Source: Octopus sinensis
Lineage: Eukaryota
Length of the DNA: 64,000 bases
Assembly (NCBI RefSeq): GCF_006345805.1
Contig: NC_043001.1
Span: forward strand, 89,342,001 to 89,406,000
Reading direction: 5' to 3'
Shown: positions 25,601-39,884 of the stretch, piece after piece
Position numbering within the stretch: position 1 is the first letter of the stretch
Layout: every line of letters starts with the position of its first letter
Position numbers and translations under genes: made by a program
Notes under the pieces: generated by a model
What the model saw: the letters and a program-made list of their open reading frames with translations, nothing else
The model's database searches: none
Told to the model about the DNA's origin: nothing

Positions 25601-27919
25601 TTTCCGCTTACCAAATCCATTCACAAGGCTTTACTTGGTCTGGGGCTGTAGTAAAAGACACTTACCCAAGGTGCCGTGTAGTGGGACTGGACTTGAGACC
25701 ATATGGTTGGGAAGCAAGCTTCTCAACTAGAATGAACAGAGCAGCAAACAAAATGCTTTGTTATTTTCCTTGATCTTTTTTACGCTAATGTCAAATAGTG
25801 AGGTTGACAGGTATGGTTGTGTAGTTAAGAAGTTTGTTTCCCAACTATGTGGTTTTAGGTTCAGTCTCACTGTGTGACACCTTCGCCAAATGTTTTCTAC
25901 TACAGCTGCAAGTCAGCCAAAAACCTTCTGAGTGAATTTGGTAGATGGAAACTGAAAGAAACCAGCCATATATCTCTCTATCTGATCTGTATCGTTATCA
26001 TCAACAACAACAACGTTTAACAACCATTTTCCATGCTGGCGTGGGTTAGACAGCTTGACAGGAACTGGTAAAACCAGGAACTACACAAGGCTCCATAGTC
26101 TGTTTTTGCATGGTTTCAATGGCTGGATGCCCTTCCTAATGCCAACCACTTTAGAGAATGTACTGGGTACTTATTACATGGCACCAGCACTCACTCAATG
26201 CTTTTTACATAGCACCTTAGTTTTAGGATCTCACACACACACACAGATGCATATGTATATATATGTATGTGAAAGTGTGTACGTCTGTGTTTCTTTAAAT
26301 TTGCACTGCATGAAAGGTGCAAGCTACAAGTGATGTTGCTAGCATATCTATTAACAAATCATCTGCTCTCTTCATGACTTTGGTGACATGTGAAATAAGG
26401 TGCCACTTGCTTAAAAACCAGGTATGGGTTGGTGATATGAAGGGTGTCTTGTAAAACAATTTCTAAGTGATATTTTTGTCTAAACCATGTTAGCATAGGA
26501 AAAAAAAACAACAAACAAGTAAAGATTGACATATACACATTAGTCAAAGATTGGGGTCAATTTAGTCACCCATTCTTTGGCCTACATTCTATAGCTTTAT
26601 GCTTTAGTCATCATCATCATCATTATTATTATTGTTGTTGGGATAACTAGTTTGTCAATATTTAAGCTTGGTCTATGTGAAAATGTGTCAAGCAGTACAG
26701 CTATTAACAAATTCTTAATAGCCACTCCCTCCTTCCTTCATCCTGTTGTCAACTAGTCACAGCTGCACCAAAGTTTCTTCTTTGCTAAAAAGAAACACTT
26801 CAACTGCAGGGTAGAGTAAACAAAACTTTGAAATAGTACTAACTCCAACACACACCCATTACTATTGCTAGGGATACTGCGAAGCAAAGGCAGAAAGAGG
26901 CAAGCCAAGAACTGAGATAATTGTTAAAGTAAGAACAATTATTACTCTAATAAATAATCAGTTTGCTACTATATGATTTTTGAGATAAATTTTGATCAAC
27001 TACAGGTAGGACCAGATTAGAAAATTTTTATTTGCTTCAAATATTTGTCTATGAAATGGTGGAATGCATTAGGTATCAGCCTACTGATTTTATATTCAAA
27101 TCCTTGTAGGTTTATCACATTGTTCTGGGTCAGGACAACTAACTATACACAACTTCAGTTTACAAAGTTCTTGGAAATATTTGATTGTCAAAGAATCCTA
27201 CCAGTAATAGACAGGTATTGGTTTTTATCAATTTCCTTCCAGTATTAGTCCATAAGAATTTTGTATAGCATTGCAGTGTTTGTCCTTAAGAACTCCAAAC
27301 AGTATCTGCCCTTATGAACCCAACACAGCTATAGAGGCATGTTTTACACCAGATCTTTAAATATCTTTTGTGCTCTCACTGCAACTCAAGAGTGACACTG
27401 TTATAACAGGCAAGTTATAACAGAGAGGTTGGCAGTTCATATTATGTCAAGAGCACTATGTCCACATAGAAGATACAGCAACAAATAAATGCTTAATCTA
27501 TTTATCTGTAAATAGATACTACAAGAAAGGAAACCTACAATTTAAAAACTATAGAAAAGAAAAACAGGAGCATGGTCAAAATCAAAAGTATTTTGATACT
27601 TTGCAAGACTGAGTTCAACTCCCCAGGAGTGTCAAAGAAGCAACTCCAGTATTGAACTAGTTTCCTAACTGCTTGGGATTCAAAACCTGTTTCTATTTTC
27701 AGATTGAATACAATAGTTGATGTACAGCAATACTTTTCGTACACAGATACATCTACCACTTCAACCACAAAGAGTAACCATTATAAAACAAGCAGCTGCT
27801 ATCTTCAACAAAATAGGCTGAAACAAAACTAAGTGATATACCTATCTGTGAGCACATCATAATGGTTATACATCAATTGAGTCAGTCCCTGAGCCTCTTG
27901 CCATACAAAAAAAATCACC

Positions 27920-28483
27920 ATGCCTTTTTTTGCTGTGAATATGTGAGTGGAATCTTTGGGACTCTGCCTGCCTACAATGGGAAATAAAGGGATAGTATTG
28001 CAAATCTAAACCCTCTAAATCCACAAACTATATATGTGGGGCGAGGAATCCAGAGTTAATTCTCATCGCCAGAATTTTTACAAAAAAATGATTTATTAAT
28101 ACAAAACTCAATATCCACTAAAAAAATCATACTTTTTCAGATTTTTTTCCTGATTACCTCCTTTGTAATCCCTAAAAATATCGTGACCATTGGTGCACCT
28201 GTTTGACCCTAGAAAGGGAACAGACAGACAGACAGACATAATGCCCATTATAGTAGGAAGTTGACTTCTCTTTGCTTTTTTTATTAGTTATCTCTCCCTT
28301 AATTTTATTTACTTTTTTTACGCCCATAAACTGAACAATTATACTTTTTCACTATTTTTTTTTGCTAAAAACCTTCCTGATTACTTCCTTTATAATCCCG
28401 AAAGACATTGTGACCATTGGTCTAGCCATTTGACTGTGAAGAGGGCAGACAGACAGATGGATACAACGCCCATTATAGTAAGA
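27920..28483 (-). mobile_element. Second Helitron copy of the same family, with two 5' termini (28258 and 28483)
   Basis: 27920-28085 is the reverse complement of about 12335-12495. The TC(T/C)TACTATAATGGGC start and the (GACA)n subterminal block occur twice. Confidence 0.75.
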
Positions 28484-29329
28484 CGTCAAGCAAACAGGAA
28501 TACAGTTAGATTACTCAGTGTCAGAATGAAGGCAAGTGTATGTATGTGTGTGTTTGTAACCAGCATCACCATATATATAATGTTTGTTTTTATGTTAAAA
28601 GAAAACAATTTTACATTAAACTGATGGGTTATTCTATAGTTTTGTAGAGTACAAAACTACAGTCCGATGATGGCTTAACTTAATGAAACTCAACTTCAAA
28701 GTCACTGTCAATAATATTCTTGATCAAGAATAATACACACATACACACACATATATATATATAAACATCTGCTTCTTTTTTCCTTTACGTAACAATATAA
28801 CAATAGACCAAATAATAGGAAAACAAGCTTCGCACATAAGGAAGCTACAATACAAAATGAGTGTTTATAGTTTCCAGTTATTGTTGCAATACAGCAGAGT
28901 TTTATCTTGTTTTCAATAGAGACAAAGTGTAACTTTTCATAAAATCAGTGACCTAATTATAGAACAGAATCTTAAACTATGTCACTGAGAATATAACATA
29001 CAAGAAAAGAGAGCAGTGGGTGGGTTGGTGGGAGTTTCAGATAACATAAGACAGTAATGATGCTGCTGCTGCTGAGCAACACTAACTACCTCAATTAACT
29101 AAACAAGCATAGATCAATGAAATAAACAATAATCAATAATACAATGTGAAGTAACAAGAGAATTGTTTTCATCATTCTAGCATCTCGTCCTTCATCACCT
29201 TAACTTTGTGGATCACTCTGAATCAGGATAGATTGATACTTTCTAATTATCACCAATTTTCAAATTTGTCTTACTTGCCTAACCTCACCTATTGTCATGA
29301 ATGTTGGGTAATGACTGAAAGAGTATGAT

Positions 29330-29715
29330 TGCCGCAAGGATTCCTGCAAAGGACCTCTGGACTAATGTTACTTGACAGGTGTGTAGGTCAGAAATCAGGG
29401 TGTCTCTCCAGGTCAAACCACTGCTTCTCTGCATTGAGAGGTCACAGCTCCAGATGCTACAGGCATGTGGTTAGAATGTTGTAGGTAAGGATTGCAAGAC
29501 AGATTCTTCAAGCTGAGCCAAATGGCAAGAGATCTAGTAGCAGACCAAGAAGGAGATGGTTAGATAATATTGTTGGTCATGCTTGTGAATCCAGCTGGAA
29601 AGTGTAAAGATGGTTGCTTTTGATAGGACCCTAGGGAGGTGGTGCCTGAGGACTCTACTGCAAAAACCCTCCCAAGAATAGTGGACAGTAAAGATGGATG
29701 GATGGATGGATGGAT
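29330..29715 (+). mobile_element. RTE LINE 3' end with a (GGAT)n tail
   Basis: IERSQL...IARQILQAEPNGKRSSSRPRRRWLDNI followed by (GATG)n. Confidence 0.75.
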
Positions 29716-32700
29716 ATAGAACTGTCATTTGGCTGAGACAATTGTCAGCTTTCCCTTGCAACATTTTTTTCATATCATCATCATTTTTACATCCACTTTC
29801 CCGTGCTTGCATGGGGCAGAGAGAATTCAGTGAGGTAGACTCTGACAATCATATCATGGAATCTACATTTTCACTGCCACTTACAACAGTGGTTTATACC
29901 ACTTGAGATAATTACCTGGAGTTAGTACAGTGACAGGATACCACGGAGCGCTCAGTGAATAATTCAGTACTCTACCCATTTAGCTATATATGCAATTATT
30001 TATTTACTAAAGGAAAAAAAACTAATAAGTATGGATACATTTGATGTACACCTTCCACCCACTCTACTTGTAATCAGAAAAAATATTTGGCCCAATGTTA
30101 AACAAAAGGACTTTTTTCTCTCCATATATGATCAGCATTTAAATGTATTTTATACATTATTGTCACCAATAACTATTTTAGCTACCAGTACAAACTATTA
30201 TGATTACTAACGACAATTATAGCCACAAATAATGACTACAGCTACAAATAACTACTCCTGACTAACAATTACTACAGCCATCAATATTGACTATTATAGA
30301 CATTAGCCAGTGAGGGAACCACTATTGGTTGCATAGCCTGCTAGACATAACAGTCAAATCTTCCCAAAACCACACTGTGCATCTTAATGTTGTCCTGAAT
30401 ACACAATCATCATCATCATTTAATGTCCATTGTCCATGTTGGCATGGACTGGACAGTTTGAATAGGCTAGCACATTGGAAGACTACACCAGACTCCAGTC
30501 TGATTTGGCATGGTTTTCTACGGCTGGATGCCCTTCCTAATGCCAACCACTCCGAGAGTGTAATGGGTGCATTTACGTGCCACCAGCACAGGTGTCATTT
30601 GCGTGACACCAGGGTGTGTTTATGTGCCACCAGCAAGGGTGCCAATTTGTGTGACACCGGTATCTGACACGACTGCAATTTTGCTTTACTTGATGGGTCT
30701 TCTTCTCAAGTACAACATAATGCCAAAGGTCTTGGTCAGAAACAAAGGACAAAATAGCAATGCTGAAATGTCTTTAATCATAGGACTTCTTCATAAGGGC
30801 TGACCAAGTGAAACAACAACAAAATTATAGACATTATTAACTACTACAGTTATCAATACCAACTATTATAGTTACCTAAACTAAATATTATTGTACTAAG
30901 CATTATATCAATCTATAGCTATTATAACCAATGATAACTACACTAGCCATCATGAGCCAACAAGAAATCCTTATATAGTTGCACAACTACCTAGAAATAA
31001 GAGGTAAATATCCATCAAACCATGCCCTTCCACTTCCAATTATGAAATTACACATTGGATATTTTTATCCAGTTGTACACTATTCCCAAAAATAAAATGG
31101 AATGGATATACCTCAAATACCTTTGATCTTTGGTATGTACAATCAAGCATGAATTTGGATCATTGTTGTGCCACCAATATTAACTATTGTATGGCTACCA
31201 ATATTAACTATTATTGTCACCAATATCCAAACACAATAGCTTTGTTATGTACCTATAAGAATAAATATATTTCTGCTGTGTTTCCTTTTTTATATAGTTT
31301 AGGCATAACTTGTGAGCATGACTATGACTTAGTAGCATGTACTTCACTTTTGCTAATTGTTTTAGATACTTATGTAGTCGCAAGTCTTAGATACTTATGT
31401 AGTAGGTACTTATGTAGTTGCATAGACATCTTTTTGGTTGCTTCACTCTTTGTTCAGCTGAACATCAAGGATGTGAGAGAGAGAGAGAGCTGCACCAGCA
31501 CTAGGTTGGTACTCATTTTCAGATGAGTAAACAAGGGTAGCATGAAATGAAGAGCTTTGCTCAAGGACACAATGTATGATTCAGTCTAGGAATTGAAATC
31601 AGAATCTTATAATCATAAGTCCAACATTCAAACCATTGGGCCATGCACATTCTTTTTTATATAATCCTCTACTCATCTACCAGTTAGCATATTCAATAAA
31701 CACATCATCATTGTTTAATATCAGACAGAATTTGAGGTAGATTTTCTACAGCAAGATGCCCTTCCTGCTGCCCATCTCACCTGTAATGTTTATCATGGTG
31801 AAACATATCTTTCACAGATAACTGGAAATGAACAAAACGCACATTTACAACCATCACACGGTGCCAAGAGAAGGGGACACAGAAGCATACACAACAGGCT
31901 TCTTTCAGTTTCCATTGACCAAATCCATTCACAAAACTTTGGTTATCTCAGGAATAATAGTGCTGCATAGTGGGACTGAACTCAAGACCATGTGGTTGGG
32001 AAGTAAGCTTCTTAACTACACATCCACACCTGCCCCTATTCATCCTATTCATGGATCACAGATTTGATATCAAACTATCATACTTACAAAGCAAAAGTTT
32101 TGAAAATAAAAATGAACACAATTTTTTTATTCAAATTAATAACCATTGATAAGAAATCATGGTTAGACATACAAGCTTCAAAAATTTTTCAATATCAGAG
32201 TATACATAGAATTGCTGAAACAAATCTGGATAAAACAAAGGCACCTAACTTTTTTGGATGATGGTGGTGGTGGTGTAGTTGTTGACATGGCTAAGGAATG
32301 CATTTTTTTGATAATGATAGAAAGACTAGAAATAGCTACAGGTACAGATCTGTCATATCAAAAATGACTGTTAAATCTATGATGACAAAGATGATGATGG
32401 TGATGAGAAATGAAATCACCAACAGCAGAAATGGTTTATGGTCTAGTTTTATTGAGAGTTTTAAACTTTTTTTTTTTGCTATATGGCGATACAGAATGGA
32501 CCAATTACTGGAACACCATCACTCCATCAAAGCTGACCCCTGGCTTGTCTCTACTTATTTGGGTTAACAAACGATTTCACATGTTAGTATCCTGCTTAGC
32601 TCATTTCACCAATTTCTCTCTCTCCCTTTCTCGTACCCATTGTTAAAAGTGTGTTCATAATAATTAAGAAAAGGAGAAAGATCCAATCCTATGAGAGGGC

Positions 32701-33199
32701 GAGAGATATAAAGAGAATGAGAAAGAATGAACAGGACAAGGAACAAAGAGAGAAAAGAAAAAGTAGTTGACACTTAAGACTTCCGGTATGGCAATTGCTG
32801 CAGTGCTAAACCACTTAGAGACAGACACAAAGTTTACTACGCCTGCATTAGAAGTTACCAATTCAACACTGGTAGATTTTAAGGGCTCTGCCTTCCTCTA
32901 AGAATTTATGTAAAACACACACACACACACACATACATACATGAGAAAGTAGTCTTTGTATGTAGAAGATGCACAGAAGCAATAAACACCAAGGACACAT
33001 AGGAAATATTTTTTCTCAAGAGCCCAGGAGGCACTCTCAATGTAGGAGTTGGTTTCTGTTACCTAGGCAATGGAGGTGGATGTTCTGAAAGTATAGTTGC
33101 TAGAATAAGAATAGTTTGGAGTAAGTTCAGAGAACTATTACCACTGTTGATAACAAAAGCTCTCTCTCTCTCTCTCTTTCTCTCCCACTCAGAGTCAAA

Positions 33200-33580
33200 G
33201 GCAGATTGTATGATGCTTGTGTATGACCAGCAATGGTACATGGCAGTGAGACATGGGCCCTGAATGTAGGGGACATGCAAAGACCAGAAAGGAATGAAGT
33301 TGATATGTAACATCAATGTACATGTATGGCAAAGAGCAAATGTGTTGAGAGAAAAGTTGGGCATGAGAGGAATTAGATGTAGAGCACAAGAGAGTGATGC
33401 ATATGGATGAGGACAGCTGTATAAAGCAGTGCCAATTACTGAAAAAAGTGGATGGAACTTGTGGAAGAGAGAGATCCAGGAAGATGTGAGATGAAGACTG
33501 ATCTCAAGGTGTTGAGCTTCACAGAGATGACAGAAGACTAAGATGATTGGTCATCTGTTGTGCTTGAGAAGTCCCAACTA
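33200..33580 (+). mobile_element. RTE LINE C-terminal fragment
   Basis: RLYDACV*PAMVHGSETWALNVGDMQRPERNE. Confidence 0.8.
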
Positions 33581-35776
33581 CCACAGTAAAAGTGAGGTTA
33601 TAAAAGTATCATGCTTATGCCTTTACATGACAGGCCCTGTACCTATATCTGCCTATGTAAAGTATTTCTTCACATCTCACATTTCTAACACCCATCCCTT
33701 TTAACCATGGCACTACTCAGCTGCTGTAATCATTTTACAGTAGAATCAGCACTTATATCATCCTCATCTCTTGCATTAATAGTCACCTTCTTCTTCCCAA
33801 GGGAACCATTTCCTTTTTAAACTCCATCCTCCATTCTCATAATCATCCCTGCATCTTCCACCAATTCTTTCAGATTCTCATAACTTCCATCTTTTTCTTT
33901 ATCTTAATTCCACCTTTCCTTTCATTTTCTCAGATCCTTCCCCACTTTCTCCCATACATTTCTCTTACTGCACTAAAAAGACATAAATTCTGTTCAATGT
34001 TCCCTCTAAGCTGTGTGAATGTGCTACTGTGCAGTTGCCATATTAGTGCAGCACACAGTAAAATGCTGCTGCTTGCTTTGTTTCACAAATTACAATTATT
34101 TTTGCCACTGTAAATTTCTATCATTTCCTAAAAATAAAGAGTTGAAACACCTTCCCATTTCATTTGATGGCTATTTCTGCAAGTAATCAAACGTCAACAA
34201 TAGACAGTGGTCATAACTTTTTTAAAGATGCTTTTTTTCTCAACTGATTTTATGTGAGGCAACATATTATGTCTCTTGATACCAATCCACCCAAAAGTAC
34301 CCCAAGTTCTATAATACAAACTTCCTGTTTTAAAGTAACCTAAATTAAAATTACCCATTTCCCCATTTAGATTCCATGTTAAATTACATTCCAAACACCA
34401 TTTTAATAAGGACAGAGTTACTCTTCATTAATTTCAAAATTGATTGAAATGAAGAATGTATTTCATTAGAAATACAGTAAAGAAAGGGTTAAGATGAAAT
34501 TTGTTAAAATGCTAAACAGAAAGCGAGAAGAAACCAGGATATCTAAAAAATGGAAAGCTTGCTCTAATTTTAAGCAAGAAGAGCTTTCAAATATGCTAGA
34601 ACAGAATTACTTTCATTTGCATAAAAAAAAAAACATACACAGAAGGTAACATCAGGAAATGTTTCTAAATATCAAAATGCAGGAGATATCTGCACCATTT
34701 ATGCTGAAGCAAAAATTCAAGATAAATTTACCACAAGGAAGGAATGGTAAGAATGGACATTGGAATATTTAACCCTTTAGCATTTAAACCAGTCACATCC
34801 AGCCCAAATATTCCACCTGTTTTATGTTCAAACTAGTTAGATCTGGTCCCTTACACCAACCCTATAATGTCATTCTAAAAATAAACAATCACATCACTGA
34901 AATAGCAAAGCTACAAGAAAATGCCAGATTAATTCAAAACAATGTGAATAAAAAGCATTATATTTGACAGAGTAACTTGAATATTAAAGAGATAAAATAA
35001 CATCTCAACCACAACAGTTATTTGGATGCTTTCACTAAATTATGAAACCTGAAGGAAGGGGCTATTTTGAGAACGTTCAAAAATCTAGAAGAGAACGAGA
35101 CACTTGGAAGAGGCCTAGTGCAGATATGGTTAACATTCTTGCTAAAGCTTATCTAGCAGTTAAACTTATTATTTCAATACATTCTATTCCTCATCATTGT
35201 TTTAGTATCCAGTTTTTCATTCTTGCATGGGCCAGATAAAGTTTATGGCAACTGCTTTTCTATAGCTGGAAGCCCTTCTTGCCACCAACTCTCACCTGTT
35301 TCGAAGCAAGGCAATATTTCCCCATGGCCAGACAAGTTTACATAGAAGATTGGAAATAAATGACACTGCTTGTGTAAGAGTGACACTCTTTTACAGCAAT
35401 CATGCAATGTCAAGACAAGGAGACACGCACAAACACATTATATACTTTATATATTATGGGCTTCTTTCAGTTTCCATCCTCCAAATCTATTTACAAGGCT
35501 TCGGTTGGCCCAAGGTTATAGCAGAAAACACTTGCCCAAGACGCCACACAATGGGGCTGAACCCAAAACCATGTGGTTGGGAAGCAAACTTCTTAACTAC
35601 ACAGCCACGTCTGCACCTGTTCAAGAAACTAATTTACACTTTAACAAAGATGTAAATATTCCTGGAAGTTGGTGTAACAAGAACTATGCGTTTGAATTTG
35701 TTAAATGAATCAGTATTGCTGTTGAAAAAGAAGTAATGGATGAGTTTAGAATATCTGTTTGTCACAGGCTGATTGT

Positions 35777-35876
35777 NNNNNNNNNNNNNNNNNNNNNNNN
35801 NNNNNNNNNNNNNNNNNNNNNNNNNNNNNNNNNNNNNNNNNNNNNNNNNNNNNNNNNNNNNNNNNNNNNNNNNNNN
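35777..35876. other. Assembly gap (100 N)
   Basis: A run of 100 N, so the true intron length is uncertain. Confidence 1.
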
Positions 35877-37489
35877 ATTTGGCACAGTCATGTTGCTAAC
35901 AAAAGTTGCATGACAGCTGCTTGAATACAAGGTAGCAGTTACAAGAGTTGAATGCATGCAGCAAATAATGAATGTTTACTATAGAAATTGGTCAGTGTGC
36001 CAAACATATTGTCCAATGTAGCGCTATTTAACCATTCATGAAAATTACAGCTGCCATTGATATTCAAAGAATTCAAAGCAGGCAAGTGCACTTGGTTATA
36101 ATAACAAGGGAGTCTGAGACTGCAACTTTTGCCAAGGCAGGGCCTCCAGTTAGTACTGGATTCAAGCAGAAGGTGGGAGATGTTGTAGATGAAACCACTG
36201 CACAAATGAAACAAAAGATTTTGGGTGCAATGCAAACTGATAGAAGTGTAAGGTTTTTGCCTACGAAGTAATGACTCAGAACAGAGGGTCAGAAGGGCAG
36301 GTAGGATTTGATGGTAAAAGCCTCATATATGTGTGTGTGTCTGTAAGTGAACTGCAGGCACAGCTGTCTGTTGGTTACGAAGTTTACTTCATAACCACAT
36401 GGTCTCAGGTTATATCTCATTTTATGGTACCTTGGACATGTGTCTTCTACACAAGCTCTGGGCAAAACCTTGCTATTCAATTTGGTTGGCAGAAACTGAA
36501 AAAAAAACATTGCATATGTATATTGGCATATGTATCCATTAGTATGCATGTGAGTATAGTACATATATCTGTATGTTTGTTTAGATTTGCACTTTTCTGA
36601 AAACCTTTCAGCTACAAGCAGTGATATTGTTGACATTTTCCCTGTTAACAAATCTTGCTTTGCACCTTCAAAGAAATGGAGTAAGAGATCCCTCTAGCTC
36701 AAAAACCAGGTTGAGGGTTAGTGACAAGAAGAACATCTGGCTGTAAAACAATGCCCCAATAATATAGTCATGAAACCCATGCTAGAATAGAAAAACAGAC
36801 ACAAATCAAACCAACAAGAATACACACGCACATACACATATATATATATATATATAAAACATGAGAGACAGTCCTCTGCCTAGTCTTAGTGATCAGTATA
36901 GAGATCAGATGTAAAACAATCATGATGTTAGAGAGATAATATACACACAAACACACCATGTATCTTGAGCTCGATACTCAAACCATTAGGCACATAGCCT
37001 AATGGCTTGGGTAACAAGCTCAATTGCTAAACCAAGCAACATGTTCCGTCCCTGAACAATGTTCCAGTCAAGTTCATTGAAAATGAGAATCAGTCAATTA
37101 CTAGAGTAGCCCTCTCTCAATCCAGCTGTCACATCCTTGGTATTCTTCTTGGTCAATAGTAGAAGAGCTGAGAGGGTACTGCTTGCAACTTCATAAGCAC
37201 CTAAAACAATCAATGAATATGTGGTACAGGCTATCATGCTTCCTTGCAAGCACTAGATAAGCTTTTGTGTATGTATGTTCACACACACACACAATTATTT
37301 TGGTCAAGTCAGTTTGTTACTATTCTGAATTAGGTACAGGGTCTTCAGGCTGGTGACAACTCAGATAAGTGTTGAAACTTGTGTTAAAAGGGAAACTCAG
37401 AGTAGCAAGAGACTGACTTGAATAAAATAAATTTCATTAATCACTATTGCAGTATCAAGTGCACTTTTTTGTGAGTTAAAACTAAATGG

Positions 37490-37495
37490 ATATCA

Positions 37496-37553
<58 letters not shown>

Positions 37554-37568
37554 GTGTGTGTGTGTGGT

Positions 37569-37641
<73 letters not shown>

Positions 37642-37817
37642 CAACAATTGAGGTAAAATTAATTAATTATTAATCAATTTCACCAAGTATTCAGTATGTA
37701 AAGGGACCATATATATATATATATATCGTGTATATATGTATATATCATATATGTATATTATATGTGTAGATATATATTACACACACACATTGTGTATATG
37801 TATGTGTATATATATAT

Positions 37818-37883
<66 letters not shown>

Positions 37884-37900
37884 ATATAGACACCACGCAC
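37490..37900. repeat. Compound (TA)n/(TG)n microsatellite; similar tracts at 16535-16650, 16905-17100, 52370-52570 and 52925-53110
   Basis: Seen directly. Confidence 0.95.
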
Positions 37901-38567
37901 ACACATATATTGCAGAGAATGGATCTCCATCGGTTTCGAGGACGAATATTCCATTCGTTCGATTACCTTAACTACCCACTCACTAACCTGGCATGTAATG
38001 GCTGAGTATTCCATAGGCACTTGTACTCATAATGTAAGAATATCCTCATGCAGAATTAGCGTGGCACAGTGTGACAAAGCTGACGCTTCGAATTACATCT
38101 AACACTACATACGACAAGCTTCTACACTGTACATCTACCCAAATTCTCTCACAGTGCATAGGTTGACCCGAATCTAAAGCAAAAGAAACTTGCTCAAATT
38201 ACACCATCGAAAGGGAATCGAACCATTAGACCTCACACTTACACATGTGCCCAGGGTATTTACATAGCTTTCTAATAACCCACTGGTCACATACAATTAT
38301 ATTGCTGGTGAGAGAGAGAGGGAGGAGGAGTTGTTACAAAACACACGTTATCACGTGTATGTGTGTGTGGTGTATGTGAATAGATCTAAGTAAATGATGT
38401 ATTATTGCTGCAGTGAAACATATATATATATATATGATAGGGCAACCATGTCATCTAACACACTAATGCATCAGCTGGCATTCTGGTTCTGCTGGTAGTG
38501 GTTATAATGTTACATATGTACAAGTATATACCTCATAAATGCAATGAAAACATTACATATCTGTCCG

Positions 38568-38603
<36 letters not shown>

Positions 38604-38983
38604 TATTAAATAAAATATATGCATACATACAAACATATATATATATATATATACATTCATACTATATATGTAAGTTTGGTGGCCTCTATTCGTCTGTTTA
38701 TCACCCAACATCGTTTTAACACTCTATCCGTCTAGTGCTCCCAACTGTTTTATATGTCTATCTTTATAGTTTTCTTATATTTAATATCATTATTATTATT
38801 ATTGTTATTATTATTAATTACAACGTGTTTCTCACTGATATCGGAGAAGGGCGAAGTCACTTTTATGTTTATCACATTTAGTACTTTCAACTATACGAAC
38901 TTCAAGCATTTCATCAAAGTAGGACAGACCAAACGGTCCAGAAAAAAAAAAAGAGAAGCTATTTTTATAAAAATTGAACTTAC

Positions 38984-39452
38984 CTAAAAGTCCTACAGTA
39001 ATGGCATGTTTCCTCAGCAGTAGTGTGTTGTTGATAGCAGTCGAACACATTGTAGTCCACATACCAGTCTGCTGGTTTTGTGTAGTGGCTTGTATGCCAG
39101 TTCTGTTCTGCTTCGGCTGCTGTTTCTGCTGCCAGACATAACCGCTCCATGACGGCACATTGGAGCAGTAGAAAAGGTATCCAAAACAATTACAAGATGT
39201 TGGTTGTGATAATGATGATGTTGGTAATGGTAACGATTCCGATGATAATGATGATGATAATGATGATGACGATGATGATAACGAAGAAGAGGAAGAGGTA
39301 GTGGACGTTTTGCTGAGTTCAAATTGTCTTCTTGTCGCTACATCTCGTTGGTGTCGAGCGCAGCAGCTTGCTCCACCCGACAACGATGAGGTTTCCCCGT
39401 AATTTGGTAGAACTGGGTAATAATAGCCCACCGGAATACGACCAACCCCCAT
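38984..39452 (-). CDS. First coding exon (156 codons + 1 nt) of an unidentified secreted or membrane protein gene; Ser-rich N-terminus followed by the first half of a hydrophobic signal/TM segment
   Basis: Open frame MGVGRIPVGYYYPV...RKHAITVGLL with retained CpG. It ends at a consensus donor TTTTAG|GTAAGT (forward acttac at 38978-38983). The length of 469 nt gives phase 1, which fits the exon at 6193-6240. The ORF-track frame beyond 38984 is intron read-through. Confidence 0.75.
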
Positions 39453-39512
39453 TGATCATAACGATTTTATCACTCCCCTTGGCCACTCATTGCATGTATA
39501 TGTATGTGTGTA

Positions 39513-39558
<46 letters not shown>

Positions 39559-39868
39559 ATATAATCTGTGTATGAATGTATACACACACTCAGTGTCACG
39601 AAGCTTAAAAACTTATTTTAGCACACCCAAACAAAATAAAACTTCGAATAGGAAAACAAAGCGCAAAAGCGCACATATATAGGCAAGATATAAATAAATA
39701 ATTTACTTGAAATTACAATATGTTAGTTACAGAGTTGATCTACTTGTAAGACCAATGTTGCCTCTTTGGAATTAGTATGTGTGTGTGCCTGTGCGTATGT
39801 ATATATGGATGGCTATATCTAAGTGTGCGTGTTAAAGATCCTGTTTATGGCAACAAACTGCTGAAGGT

Positions 39869-39884
39869 AGGTCAAGTGAGGTCA
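39869..39884 (+). promoter_or_regulatory. Perfect DR4 nuclear-receptor response element, AGGTCA-AGTG-AGGTCA
   Basis: Two exact AGGTCA half-sites with a 4-nt spacer, about 420 bp upstream of the ATG at 39452. Confidence 0.35.

Noticed and set aside
27535-27768. 77-aa minus-strand ORF with a hydrophobic end, as a possible exon
   Set aside because: It has no convincing splice-site pair, and it is flanked by a Helitron and by degenerate transposase-like sequence at 27000-27300.
34194-34394. Minus-strand ORF with an internal aaacag| acceptor
   Set aside because: The phase-1 frame reaches a stop with only weak donors before it.
36038-36271. Protein-like 77-aa plus-strand ORF
   Set aside because: It has no splice signals, is antisense within the intron, and weakly resembles an RTE C-terminus (GPPVST~GRPxxT, TDRSV~DRxxW).
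38832-38983. Last 50 codons of the 206-aa ORF
   Set aside because: They lie past a consensus GTAAGT donor and have intron-like composition.
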